The notes under the pieces: generated by a model
The model's input: the letters and a program-made list of their open reading frames with translations, nothing else
The model's database searches: none
Told to the model about the DNA's origin: nothing
In this document: positions 1 to 9,450 of the stretch, piece by piece
Position numbering within the stretch: position 1 is the first letter of the stretch
Layout of the letters: every line of letters starts with the position of its first letter
Assembly: GCA_030429765.1 (NCBI GenBank)
Contig: JAUIER010000001.1
Location: 129,302 to 193,301, forward strand
Length of the DNA stretch: 64,000 bases
From: a bacterium
Lineage (GTDB): Bacteria > Omnitrophota > Gorgyraeia > Zapsychrales > Zapsychraceae
Reading direction: 5' to 3'
Program-made: the position numbers and the translations under genes

Positions 1-73
1 ACGGGAATCGGAGGATGCTGAGCGAGAACCTGATCGGCAATGGATCACGCGGGCCCGGGTTGAAGGGGTAGAT

Positions 74-301
74 GTGAGAACCGGTCGGCGATTCAACGAG
101 ACGGTTAAGGTAGTGCGAACTTGTTATTCAGTTTGGTGTGGCACCCTGGACAATTTGAGTGATGTTATGATTATTCTGACGAAATCGGAAGGCGAACTAG
201 TTCTGTCTTTGAATCCCTGCGGTGGCCGCATTTTTGGATCTTACTACGAGGATGACTATAAAAGTGTCGAGCAGTGCCTCAGAGAAGGGCAGTGTGAGTA
301 A
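74..301 (+). CDS. hypothetical small protein (75 aa)
   Basis: ORF only; Cys-containing, no recognisable motif; at window edge. Confidence 0.2.
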   Translation: MRTGRRFNETVKVVRTCYSVWCGTLDNLSDVMIILTKSEGELVLSLNPCGGRIFGSYYEDDYKSVEQCLREGQCE

Positions 302-505
302 AATTATCAAACGGAAGTGTGTTGGAAGAGCCCTCCGGTAAGATTTAGCCTAGTGGTTGGTCCAAATCTTGTTCTTGAGTACCAAGAATATTCATATTTA
401 TGTTGTGAAAGTAGGACTTTACTGGATAGAATGGTGTTGTGGGACATTCGTCAATTTGATGGTAATCCGCACTTTTTTCAAAACGGATCATTCTAGGAGA
501 CTTTT

Positions 506-1702
506 ATGCACAAGATCATGAAATTTCAATTCGCTCTGTGGTTCGCTTTAGCAGTTCTACCGGTGGCGAATGCCGCGGCACAAATTTCATTCACCATTCA
601 GGATTTGGGTATATTGGGAGGTGATAAAAGTTTGAGTAAAGGAATCAATGACGACGGGTTCGTGGTAGCTATTTCGGAGATGGACGGACAAGGTAATTTA
701 CTTTTTCCTGTCTATTGGGAGAATTCGACGGATGGATTTCAAGCGATAGGTAGCACACCCGGAGATCCGAAAGATATTAATAATAGCAGGATCACCGTGG
801 GAGATCGGACCGTACAGGATGGCAGCAGTACGTATGGCGCACCGTTTCGTTATGATATCAACACCGATACACAGACTATTTTGCGATTGGGAGATGGTAC
901 CGCTCAGGAAGGCGGAGCACTCGGGATCAATGAAAGCGGCACGATCGTCGGGTTTGCGCGGAATGTTGGTCTGGGGGGATCCAGTAATCAGGGATTCTAT
1001 TGGCAAAATCCCACCGAAGGTATCGTGAGGATTGGCACCCAGGCTGGTTCCGGCTTTAGCAGTCTGGAGGATATTAATGAAAGCGGCTTAGCGGTGGGGC
1101 AGTCGACGGTGTCCGTCAACGGCGGAACCGCACCGCATGCGATCATTCATGATCGTGCCGCAGCCGATCCATTTACGGATTTGGGAACGCTTAACGCTGA
1201 CAACTCGGGATTTAGCCTCGCCCGCGCGATTAATGATTCAAATCGGATTGTCGGCCTTTCTGATTTTGGATTCACCCAAACAGCTTTTGTTTATGCCGGA
1301 GGAATGATGAACCCGTTAGCCGGTATTGCCGGAGGCTTAACTGACGCATTGGACATCAATAACAATAATTGGATCGTCGGTAACGCAGTTGATGGTAACG
1401 ATGAATCATTCGCGGCCTTGTGGGTGGAAGAAGGCGGCGTGTATGAATTCAAGAATCTGAACTCACTCTTTAGCATGGATCAGCAATCTCTGTATGAGCT
1501 TGATTTGGCCGTCGCCATCAATAGTCAGAATCAAATCGTGGCCAACGGATACCTGCTGGAAAACGGTAACCGAACCGGTGCTCGCCGGGTATTTCTGTTG
1601 ACCCCGGAGATGACCAATTCAACGGTGCCGGAGCCGGTATCGGTGCTCTTACTCGGCTCAGGTCTGGCCGGGATGATGCTTCGACGACGGAAAAAGTCGT
1701 AG
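506..1702 (+). CDS. HAF-family extracellular repeat protein with C-terminal PEP-CTERM sorting signal
   Basis: N-terminal signal peptide; repeated ~40-aa units ending in N-x-x-G-x-I/V-V-G (INESGTIVGF, INESGLAVGQ, INDSNRIVGL, INNNNWIVGN); C-terminus PEPVSVLLLGSGLAGMMLRRRKKS = PEP motif + TM helix + Arg/Lys cluster. Confidence 0.7.
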   Translation: MHKIMKFQFALWFALAVLPVANAAAQISFTIQDLGILGGDKSLSKGINDDGFVVAISEMDGQGNLLFPVYWENSTDGFQAIGSTPGDPKDINNSRITVGDRTVQDGSSTYGAPFRYDINTDTQTILRLGDGTAQEGGALGINESGTIVGFARNVGLGGSSNQGFYWQNPTEGIVRIGTQAGSGFSSLEDINESGLAVGQSTVSVNGGTAPHAIIHDRAAADPFTDLGTLNADNSGFSLARAINDSNRIVGLSDFGFTQTAFVYAGGMMNPLAGIAGGLTDALDINNNNWIVGNAVDGNDESFAALWVEEGGVYEFKNLNSLFSMDQQSLYELDLAVAINSQNQIVANGYLLENGNRTGARRVFLLTPEMTNSTVPEPVSVLLLGSGLAGMMLRRRKKS

Positions 1703-1721
1703 CGTGAGTCAAAATCTTAAA

Positions 1722-1756
1722 AAGGCGCTTCACGATGGTGAGGCGCCTTTTTTTAT
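1722..1756 (+). terminator. Rho-independent terminator hairpin downstream of the HAF/PEP-CTERM gene
   Basis: GGCGCTTCAC-GATG-GTGAGGCGCC followed by TTTTTTT. Confidence 0.5.
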
Positions 1757-1789
1757 GACCATTTCGATCTCAGCATGTATAATCGATGA

Positions 1790-3304
1790 ATGAGGTTCAT
1801 CAACATCGCCATCGTCATTTGCATTTTCCTTCTGCTTCGGCCCTACCAGTTACAGAATACCGGATTGAGTTACCGCGGCGATGATTTGTCGTATTTCGCC
1901 CATGCCACCGCGATCGCCTATGGCGAATTTCCCGCGTACGATAAGGAGTATTTCGAACATGGCACCGATCAACCGATGCACAGTATCGGGCCGGGACTGA
2001 TGGCGGCGCCGTTTGTCTTAGTTTTTTCTTTTATTGACCGCCTGACAGACGCCGATATCGTGGAGCGACGGACGGAGTCCAATATTGTTCATAGCTGGTC
2101 GATGTTCGGATTTGTCGTCGCCAGCAGTGTCTACTTTTGGGCAGGCTGTTGGATGCTCTATGTGGTGACCCGTCGCTATTTTAGTGAACGTCATACCGTC
2201 TGGGCGATACTGCTGATGGTCCTGGTCCAGGGGATCCCGATCTATGTATTTCGACGCCCGATCTTTTCTCACGCCTACGAGTTTTTTCTGCAGGCGGCCA
2301 TGATTTATCTTTATTTCAAACCCATCGTCGATCAAAAATTTGGTCTTGGTTATTGGATCCGGGTCGGAACGGTTCTGGGACTGATGCCGTTGGTTCGCTA
2401 CAATAATCTGGTGGCCGCCGTATTCTGGTGGATGATCATGTACATGCGGCATTGCCGGGGGCTACGGCCGGTCTCTCGACGGAATGTATGGGGCGCGTTG
2501 GCCGTTTGCCTGACGCTGATCGGCGGTTTTTATGTCTGGCCGCATCTGCATCAATTGTCGGGGGGCTATCAGGGAAAGCTTGCCTATTTTTTTAAACCGT
2601 GGTGGTTGCTGGAGTACCCGTATCGATTTGTGTATGTTTTGGTCAATCAAGGCTGGGGATTGATTTTCACCGCGCCATTTATTTTGGTAGGACTGTGGCG
2701 CTGGTGTTTTAGTCCGCAGTTGGAAAAGTCGACATTATGGTGGGCGATGATCCCGATGGCGGTTAATTTTCATCTGATCGTGACGTCGGACGGGCAGGGA
2801 GGTTATTATGGTTATCGTTATTTTATTTGTTCGATGATTCCGTTGCTGGTGCTGCCGCTGGCCGGATGGCTGCGGGACATGGAACAACGCTTCGGACGAA
2901 AATTCTATGCCGGTATTATCACGCTCGCGATATGGCCGCTGTTGAGCATGATCAGTTTTCAGGGGAATAATTCGTCGCTGACGCTGGATGTCGTTCAGCT
3001 GCATAAAGGATGGGGATTTTCCAATCCGACGTATCAGTGGGAGATCTGGAAACTCCTGTTAACTAAACCGGTAGATTGGTTGGTTGCCGTGTTGAAAGGC
3101 GGGCTTTTATATCTGGTGTATTTGACGGCGCATCTAACCCAGTTGCAGCAGCTGTTGCCGGATATCGTTACTCGGAAATACCCGGTATTTCGATGGGATG
3201 TTTTGATCAAAGTCGTGGTACTGTGGATGATACCAGTTTGTCTTAATTTGATGTTCACCCCAGAACAGGAAGGTAAAAGTTCAAGGCAAAAACACAAGCC
3301 ATAA
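1790..3304 (+). CDS. polytopic membrane protein, possible GT39/ArnT-like glycosyltransferase
   Basis: 504 aa, roughly 12 predicted hydrophobic helices, Trp/Tyr-rich loops; family assignment by overall architecture only. Confidence 0.4.
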   Translation: MRFINIAIVICIFLLLRPYQLQNTGLSYRGDDLSYFAHATAIAYGEFPAYDKEYFEHGTDQPMHSIGPGLMAAPFVLVFSFIDRLTDADIVERRTESNIVHSWSMFGFVVASSVYFWAGCWMLYVVTRRYFSERHTVWAILLMVLVQGIPIYVFRRPIFSHAYEFFLQAAMIYLYFKPIVDQKFGLGYWIRVGTVLGLMPLVRYNNLVAAVFWWMIMYMRHCRGLRPVSRRNVWGALAVCLTLIGGFYVWPHLHQLSGGYQGKLAYFFKPWWLLEYPYRFVYVLVNQGWGLIFTAPFILVGLWRWCFSPQLEKSTLWWAMIPMAVNFHLIVTSDGQGGYYGYRYFICSMIPLLVLPLAGWLRDMEQRFGRKFYAGIITLAIWPLLSMISFQGNNSSLTLDVVQLHKGWGFSNPTYQWEIWKLLLTKPVDWLVAVLKGGLLYLVYLTAHLTQLQQLLPDIVTRKYPVFRWDVLIKVVVLWMIPVCLNLMFTPEQEGKSSRQKHKP

Positions 3305-3351
3305 ATAATTCTAATGCTTTAGCCAACATATCTGGAAATTTAGTGGCCGAT

Positions 3352-3738
3352 CTATTTTGGGAGGTGATTAATTGAGAGGACAGCAAAGGTTTCGTAATCT
3401 GTTTCACTGATCGTGGTTTGGTAGCCGAACACCTGAACCAATCCCATTCCTTTCTGCGTTTTATCCCCCAGCCGATGTTCGAGTAAAATACCTACCCCCG
3501 ACCAAACACACATAACTCCCTCTGGGCAGGGTTCATTGAAAAAATCCAGGATGCGTATGGAATAGCGGGTGTTTTCAAGCTTCACGCATTCTTCTTTCCC
3601 CAAAGAGACGGGTTCATTCAGGTGGACTTCAATACATGCGACGTCCGATCGGATTTCTGTGGCCAGTCCCGTAGTTGTGAATAGCCATCCAAAGATTAGC
3701 GTTGTGGATACGACTTTTTTGATAGTAGCGAATGTCAT
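3352..3738 (-). CDS. secreted hypothetical protein (128 aa, several Cys)
   Basis: N-terminal signal-like hydrophobic segment (TLIFGWLFTTTGLA); ORF fills the gap between flanking genes. Confidence 0.4.
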   Translation of the reverse strand: MTFATIKKVVSTTLIFGWLFTTTGLATEIRSDVACIEVHLNEPVSLGKEECVKLENTRYSIRILDFFNEPCPEGVMCVWSGVGILLEHRLGDKTQKGMGLVQVFGYQTTISETDYETFAVLSINHLPK

Positions 3739-3827
3739 TTCTTCTTCCTATTAATGGTTCTGCACCTTTATCATACCACACATGATGTGAGGACTTCAAA
3801 AAAGGATATGATCTGTCAAATAGTGAC

Positions 3828-4769
3828 TTAGAATTCGGATAGAATTTCAAGAAATTTCTGTCTGTGTAGTAGTTTCATACCATCAAGAAACATCAACTTT
3901 CTTGATCCGTCATTCACATAGTGATGCATGGCGGTTTGGGGACGGACTTTGCGGTTGGAGATCTGATAGTCGGGGCTTAAGCGCGCGCCGTGAAGCCGGG
4001 ACACGATCATCATATTTAATGTCTGCTCATGGCGATTGGGATCGCCATTGTGATTAAGCCGCTGACACTCCCGAAAATATTCCTCGATAAACCGCATATG
4101 TTCGAAGTGGTCTTTCACCCTCATGTAAAATAAACCAGCGTTGGCATGCTCGTTCATCGTCGGACAAAATTTATCACGCAGAAATTTCAGGTCGTAGCTG
4201 TAGGCGTTTTGATAGTCAGACATAAAAAAAGGCTTGCCGGATTCCATGTATCGTATCATTTCTTCCGGATGCTGAAAAAACAGCATGTCGGTATCCAGGT
4301 GAAGGATATATTCACTTTCACAAAAATGAAAACTGTCGAACAATTTGAGGCTGCAGTAAAACCGTGGATTGCGGCGCATCAATTGGCATTCCGGAAAATG
4401 TTTGAGCTGCCCGATGATGTCGGGATCGGCCTGGGCGCGTTCAACGATTTCACATCCAGTAAAATGACGCCGATAGATATCCTTACTCTCCGCGCTCAGG
4501 CTGCCGTCATCATGAACGACCAGTTTCGGAGTTGTCCGGCTGTAATGATAGAACGTCTTTAGGGCCCACAGCGACATATCGAAATCTTCTTCACACGAGA
4601 TGATATGCAGGCCGAAGAGGCCGGGACCGCCGGCCTGGACCGGAGCGGATTGCAGGATCGCCTGATGCGACTCGGTCTTGATCCGGGCAACCTTGCGATC
4701 CTCGATATCCTGATAGGCCCGACGAAGGGGACGGTAAACGCGTTTGAGTGTATTGATCACGGGTTTCAT
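3828..4769 (-). CDS. putative nucleotide-sugar glycosyltransferase (DxD-type)
   Basis: 313 aa, cytoplasmic; HLDTDMLFF resembles the DxD motif of GT-A fold transferases; no precise family recognised. Confidence 0.35.
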   Translation of the reverse strand: MKPVINTLKRVYRPLRRAYQDIEDRKVARIKTESHQAILQSAPVQAGGPGLFGLHIISCEEDFDMSLWALKTFYHYSRTTPKLVVHDDGSLSAESKDIYRRHFTGCEIVERAQADPDIIGQLKHFPECQLMRRNPRFYCSLKLFDSFHFCESEYILHLDTDMLFFQHPEEMIRYMESGKPFFMSDYQNAYSYDLKFLRDKFCPTMNEHANAGLFYMRVKDHFEHMRFIEEYFRECQRLNHNGDPNRHEQTLNMMIVSRLHGARLSPDYQISNRKVRPQTAMHHYVNDGSRKLMFLDGMKLLHRQKFLEILSEF

Positions 4770-4982
4770 GTGCTAATTCCAGATATTGTTCGTATCATGT
4801 CAGATGCGCGGTTGACTGTCAATGTCCAAGCGTGAATTAGGAGTTCAGAATAGTCAGACAGTGAGGGACTTACTGGGACAGGCCCGGACATAGAATTATT
4901 ACGGATGTTCCCGAGAAGCTATTGACGGATTTCGGGGCAGCCCTTATACTTACTATTATAAATCTTACGATTTATAAATCAC

Positions 4983-5020
4983 ATTCCCCAATCACATCAT
5001 TTCAATTCATAACTTTAGTT
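4983..5020 (+). promoter_or_regulatory. conserved upstream element ATTCCCCAATC-N19-CTTTAGTT, 58 nt before the paralog A start
   Basis: same bipartite motif with near-identical spacing and distance to the start codon as upstream of paralog B at 17813-17849. Confidence 0.4.
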
Positions 5021-5077
5021 CAGTTGAAATCTATCTCAACAGGCTGTAAAGTAGTCTGTTTTAATTTGGCTGAAGTT

Positions 5078-8000
5078 ATGACAATAACTCCTTATAACAA
5101 AACTATTCAATTGATTCGCCAAACAATCGCGGGATTAACGGCGTTGTGTTTGATCAGTGTATCATTGTATCCGGGCGTGGCGTATGCCGGGGATCCTGAC
5201 CGTTTCACATTACCCGGTCCCGGTCAAATGGTCCGCACAACATCTGCGTTCGCGCCGGCGATGATCCGCGGGGTGAGTATTCATGCCGATAATCCGTTAA
5301 GATTTGATTTTATTATCGACCGCGGTGACAAACCTCTATCGGGTCAGCTTCAACAATCTGAATATCAAAAACTTGTAAAATATTTCCTGACATCGCTGAC
5401 AGTTCCGGAAAAAGACCTGTGGGTCAATCTTTCCCCGAATGAAAAAGACCGAATCATTCCGGAGAAATTTGGTTTAACCGAAATGGGACGCGATCTTCTG
5501 GGCCAGGACTATCTGCTTAAACAACTCACGGCGTCACTCATGTATCCCGAAGAAGAATTGGGTGAACAATTCTGGCAGCGTGTCCGTCAGCAAACGTTTG
5601 AGAGGTATGGTCATACGGATATTCCGTTAAACGCGTTTCGCAAGGTTTGGATTGTTCCGGAACGCGCGGTGGTGTTTGAGGACAACAACACAGCCTACGT
5701 GGCGGATTCGTTTTTAAAGGTGATGCTCGAGGAAGATTATGCTGAACTGCCTCATTCATCAATCACCGACGATTCAGATGAACAATTTTCAATGTCAGAT
5801 GTTGTCCGTGAGATTATTGTTCCTGAGTTGGAACATGAGGTGAATTTTGGAGAACATTTCGCTCAATTGAGGCAAATTTACAGCGCTTTGATCCTGGCGA
5901 CCTGGTACAAACAAACACTTCGTGAGAGTTTGTTGGGACAGGTTTATGTGAACAAGAATAGAGTACGAGGGGTAGATGTTCAGGACAGTTCAGCGAAGGA
6001 AAAGATTTACGCGCAGTATCTCAAGGCGTTTGAGATCGGTGTTTATAACTACATCAAGGAAGAGTACGATCCGGAGTCTCAATCCGTGATTCCACGTCAG
6101 TATGTTTCGGGCGGAGCGGGTTTGCAGTTGTCCGGAGTGCTGAGTCGGTATCAGCGACTGACAAGTTTACCACGGCGGGCTTACAGCAATATGCGCGCGT
6201 TAGCGCGAAAAGCATTAGGTTCGACTGGGCTGGACCGGATCGTGGTGGATTTGAGGGAGGTTCCCGCGTCGGAACAATTGATCGTTGACGCGGCCATGTT
6301 GACTGACCCTGCGGCGTTTGTTTTTGCGGATGAGTCGGAACAGATCCTGGATTTGACGCGTCAGTTGCGTCATCTGCCATCGCTGAATGATTTGGCCGGC
6401 ATCGTTGAGACCAATCAGAAATATTACGAACAGACCATTGCATGGCTGGTCCATCAGTTTATGCTGGGCGCATTTGACCGTCCGCTCATGGCCGATCTGG
6501 CCGAAAGCATTCGCTCATTACGTGTATCCAAGGCCCGGGTGTTTGATCGGATCCTGAAAGGTCGAGTTCAGCTGGATGGGATCGACATGGTGAAATATTT
6601 TCTTAAGGGAGATCTCGAGACCATGGTTGATGATGTTCAGCGGTCGCTGGCAGCTCGGCGGACCATTTTGGCAACGGAGATCGAATCAGCCCAACAATTA
6701 GCCGCTTCCGTTCAATCAATTACCATAAATGAAACCAGTCCGCTGGTGCTATGGCATACCGTGCGGGCGATGGGAGAGATCGCGAACAATCCTGCAGCTC
6801 GACCGGAACTGCGACGGTACGTGCTCGGACAGATCATCGGTTTTTATCTGACATTTAACCGGATAGGTTTTGCGGCGCCGATTCGAACACAAGCCGTTCA
6901 AATTTTGCGGCAAACTGGGATTGTTCAAATCAGCCGATTTCTATTGCCTCGTTTGGATCCGTTTTCGCGGACATCCACGACCGATACGTCCAATTTCGAG
7001 AAAAATTCCACAATCCGCGCGCGGATTGTCGACACATTGTTCGAGATGATCGACGCACCGAATCTCGATGATGAAATTCGGCAGTCGATTTTGCTCAGGA
7101 TGTTGGCCGTCAGTCATTACGATCCGGACCGCAACATTCGTCGACAGGCCAAACGCGAATTACGCCGTCGTAACATTTCGGAAGCGTCACTTCAGACCGT
7201 CGTCTCAAAAGAGGCGGATTCAGCTGTTCTGTCTGAACAACCGGATTTACTATCGGCCGAATGGCGCTATGGCCGGATCGCAGAGGATTTGTTAATCTTG
7301 TTAGAGGCAAACGGATGGGACGGTTACGGGATTGATTTTGAAACGGCATACAACGAAGGCGCATCGGTTTGGTCGTCGGTATCATGGGGGAAAGAAGGAT
7401 TGTGGATCCATGTGCATTTACATCATCCGGATAAACTACGTGCCAATCAGCCATTTTTGAATAACGGTTTGATGTTCCGGATAGAGAGCTACAACGATGA
7501 CCGTATCAAATTGACGGATCCATGGATTGAAGCAAATCCCGACGGAGTTCAGGCCTTTCAGCATGGCTTTGTCTCATTGCAAAGTATCGTCGATCGTGAG
7601 TCAAGTTTGGGTCAGGATGTGATTGAGCGAATGATCACATTGGCCGAAGAATCGGCAAACCGGGAAAGAGATGATATCCTGGCGGGAATTCGTCGAGGAA
7701 AGAAAATCCAGATGCTGATCGCGGATGCGGTTGAGCCGGACCAGGCCGTAGGTGTGCGGGATATGCTGGCCTATGTTGAATTCGGCCGTGCGATTCGCAG
7801 CGAGGCGCAGCAGGCCTATGGATTTAAATTTGCCCCAATGAATTTCAGTTCAGACGGTTTAACGGTCCTGGAAGATGGATCCATCCAAACCGATGCCGCC
7901 GTTTTGTCGTCGCCCGGCGGGATTACGATTATTCAGGATGCGATTACCCGTCTGGATGGAACAACTCTACGAGAGCGTCTGTATGCTTTATTGGAAGAGC

Positions 8001-8686
8001 GGGCGATTGATCTTGAAGAGTTCCCACCGCAGATCGGCAAGACCGAATCAAACTTTAAACAGATGATGGCCGGCGGCGGATTCCGCATTACACCGGAAGT
8101 TCTAGTCAGGAGCGCCCAGATTCTCGACGTGAATGTCGTTGAATTGTATACCGGTCTGCCGTTGGAATCTGCGCTTCAGCAGATTGATACGCCCGGCGGT
8201 CGATTGATGCTGCTTCGTATGACGCGAGGATTGACGCGAGTCGATGTTAAAAATAAAGTCGAGGCCCGCACGGCCCGCAAATTTAACGCCAATCAACTGA
8301 CCAAGTGGGAGACCTCCGAGACGATTGAGGACGATACTGATCTTGATGTCGTGGCGGATGTCATCGGCACGGATGTCAGCACAATTATGGATGGCGTAGC
8401 GTCAGTGTCGACGGATGATCAAGCTATGTCATCAATGGAAAAAACCGATGCCGTCGGGGGGATCGATTTGAACCCCGTTAACATGAACCTTCAAATCAAG
8501 CGCGATTCCCAAGGGGTTCCGCTGCCACTAAATGTTCAGCCGATTGATTCCATGCAGATTGATGGCTTTAGTCCCGTGATCATTCAAATCCTTCCCATTC
8601 ATCAATTGCCGCTGTTATCTGATTTGCTCGACGATACCGAGCAACCTGTCATCGGTTCTCTTCAAATTGATCCCAACAAAGGGTAA
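5078..8686 (+). CDS. large secreted protein of unrecognised family, paralog A (about 1200 aa)
   Basis: Start chosen at the internal ATG giving signal peptide MTITPYNKTIQLIRQTIAGLTALCLISVSLYPGVAYA. N-terminal ~400 aa collinear with the 17904 protein (NPL+F.F..D.G, WVNLSP, GQDYLLKQLT, VWIVPE, ILATWYK..L..SLLGQ.Y...NRV). Conserved C-terminal GGID-N block. Confidence 0.65.
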   Translation: MTITPYNKTIQLIRQTIAGLTALCLISVSLYPGVAYAGDPDRFTLPGPGQMVRTTSAFAPAMIRGVSIHADNPLRFDFIIDRGDKPLSGQLQQSEYQKLVKYFLTSLTVPEKDLWVNLSPNEKDRIIPEKFGLTEMGRDLLGQDYLLKQLTASLMYPEEELGEQFWQRVRQQTFERYGHTDIPLNAFRKVWIVPERAVVFEDNNTAYVADSFLKVMLEEDYAELPHSSITDDSDEQFSMSDVVREIIVPELEHEVNFGEHFAQLRQIYSALILATWYKQTLRESLLGQVYVNKNRVRGVDVQDSSAKEKIYAQYLKAFEIGVYNYIKEEYDPESQSVIPRQYVSGGAGLQLSGVLSRYQRLTSLPRRAYSNMRALARKALGSTGLDRIVVDLREVPASEQLIVDAAMLTDPAAFVFADESEQILDLTRQLRHLPSLNDLAGIVETNQKYYEQTIAWLVHQFMLGAFDRPLMADLAESIRSLRVSKARVFDRILKGRVQLDGIDMVKYFLKGDLETMVDDVQRSLAARRTILATEIESAQQLAASVQSITINETSPLVLWHTVRAMGEIANNPAARPELRRYVLGQIIGFYLTFNRIGFAAPIRTQAVQILRQTGIVQISRFLLPRLDPFSRTSTTDTSNFEKNSTIRARIVDTLFEMIDAPNLDDEIRQSILLRMLAVSHYDPDRNIRRQAKRELRRRNISEASLQTVVSKEADSAVLSEQPDLLSAEWRYGRIAEDLLILLEANGWDGYGIDFETAYNEGASVWSSVSWGKEGLWIHVHLHHPDKLRANQPFLNNGLMFRIESYNDDRIKLTDPWIEANPDGVQAFQHGFVSLQSIVDRESSLGQDVIERMITLAEESANRERDDILAGIRRGKKIQMLIADAVEPDQAVGVRDMLAYVEFGRAIRSEAQQAYGFKFAPMNFSSDGLTVLEDGSIQTDAAVLSSPGGITIIQDAITRLDGTTLRERLYALLEERAIDLEEFPPQIGKTESNFKQMMAGGGFRITPEVLVRSAQILDVNVVELYTGLPLESALQQIDTPGGRLMLLRMTRGLTRVDVKNKVEARTARKFNANQLTKWETSETIEDDTDLDVVADVIGTDVSTIMDGVASVSTDDQAMSSMEKTDAVGGIDLNPVNMNLQIKRDSQGVPLPLNVQPIDSMQIDGFSPVIIQILPIHQLPLLSDLLDDTEQPVIGSLQIDPNKG

Positions 8687-8799
8687 GATGTCTTGATTTG
8701 AGACATTTTAGGTCCGAATATTTATCATGTATTCCTTTATCCGGGTTCACGATGTTGTTAGACTACACTAGTGTTTAACTCGTCTAACCGGAGGTCGGA

Positions 8800-9414
8800 A
8801 TGAAAAAATTGATGCTGACACTGTTGTTTGCCGTTTGGATTGCCGGTATACCGGCGAACGCCCAGGCGCTATTGCTGTACAAGGATACATTCCTCAACGC
8901 GACACGCGAGCAAATCGATCCGGTCGTCGGGGTGCAGGGATTTTATGTGAATGATTTTGCGACGGAATTCTTTAACGGCTATACGATTGATTTATCTGAT
9001 CCGCTAACTGTGGGATCGATCTTCACGTCTTCCGCCGGTGATGTGGGCTTCGGGACATTTGCCGCTTATCTGACTGATGGTATCGAGCAAAGCTGGCAGG
9101 CGCGGTTTGTATTGAGCAACGGCATTCAGGCGTTGCAGCGGTCCGAGCCGTTGAGTTTCGGAACGAGTCTCTTTAGTGCCAACAATATCGATCTGGCCGG
9201 CTACCGTATAGATCAACTACAATTTTCGGTCGATTCGGTGGAGGCCCTGGCTGCGGCTTCCGGCTTTAGATGGACAACCAGTATCTCGGTCTTCGGCGAT
9301 TTGGATTCAACGCCCAATGCCATTCCTGAACCGTCAACACTCCTGCTCCTGGGCATGGGGATGACTGGAATGATTATACGTCGACGTCGTGACAGCGATC
9401 GTGCTGCGGTGTAA
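8800..9414 (+). CDS. PEP-CTERM sorting domain protein (204 aa)
   Basis: signal peptide; C-terminus IPEPSTLLLLGMGMTGMIIRRRRD = PEP + TM + Arg cluster. Confidence 0.65.
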   Translation: MKKLMLTLLFAVWIAGIPANAQALLLYKDTFLNATREQIDPVVGVQGFYVNDFATEFFNGYTIDLSDPLTVGSIFTSSAGDVGFGTFAAYLTDGIEQSWQARFVLSNGIQALQRSEPLSFGTSLFSANNIDLAGYRIDQLQFSVDSVEALAAASGFRWTTSISVFGDLDSTPNAIPEPSTLLLLGMGMTGMIIRRRRDSDRAAV

Positions 9415-9450
9415 GATTGACCCCGCGGGAGTTCTCCCTATAATAGAAGA

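Noticed and set aside
4146-4562. 138-aa + strand ORF inside the minus-strand glycosyltransferase-like gene
   Set aside because: Antisense overlap; the minus-strand ORF is longer (313 aa) and has a DxD-like motif. The + ORF has no start context.
4922-5077. First 52 codons of the ORF-track version of paralog A
   Set aside because: Places the hydrophobic signal sequence internally. The internal ATG at 5078 gives a canonical signal peptide, and the conserved upstream motif sits at the same distance as for paralog B.
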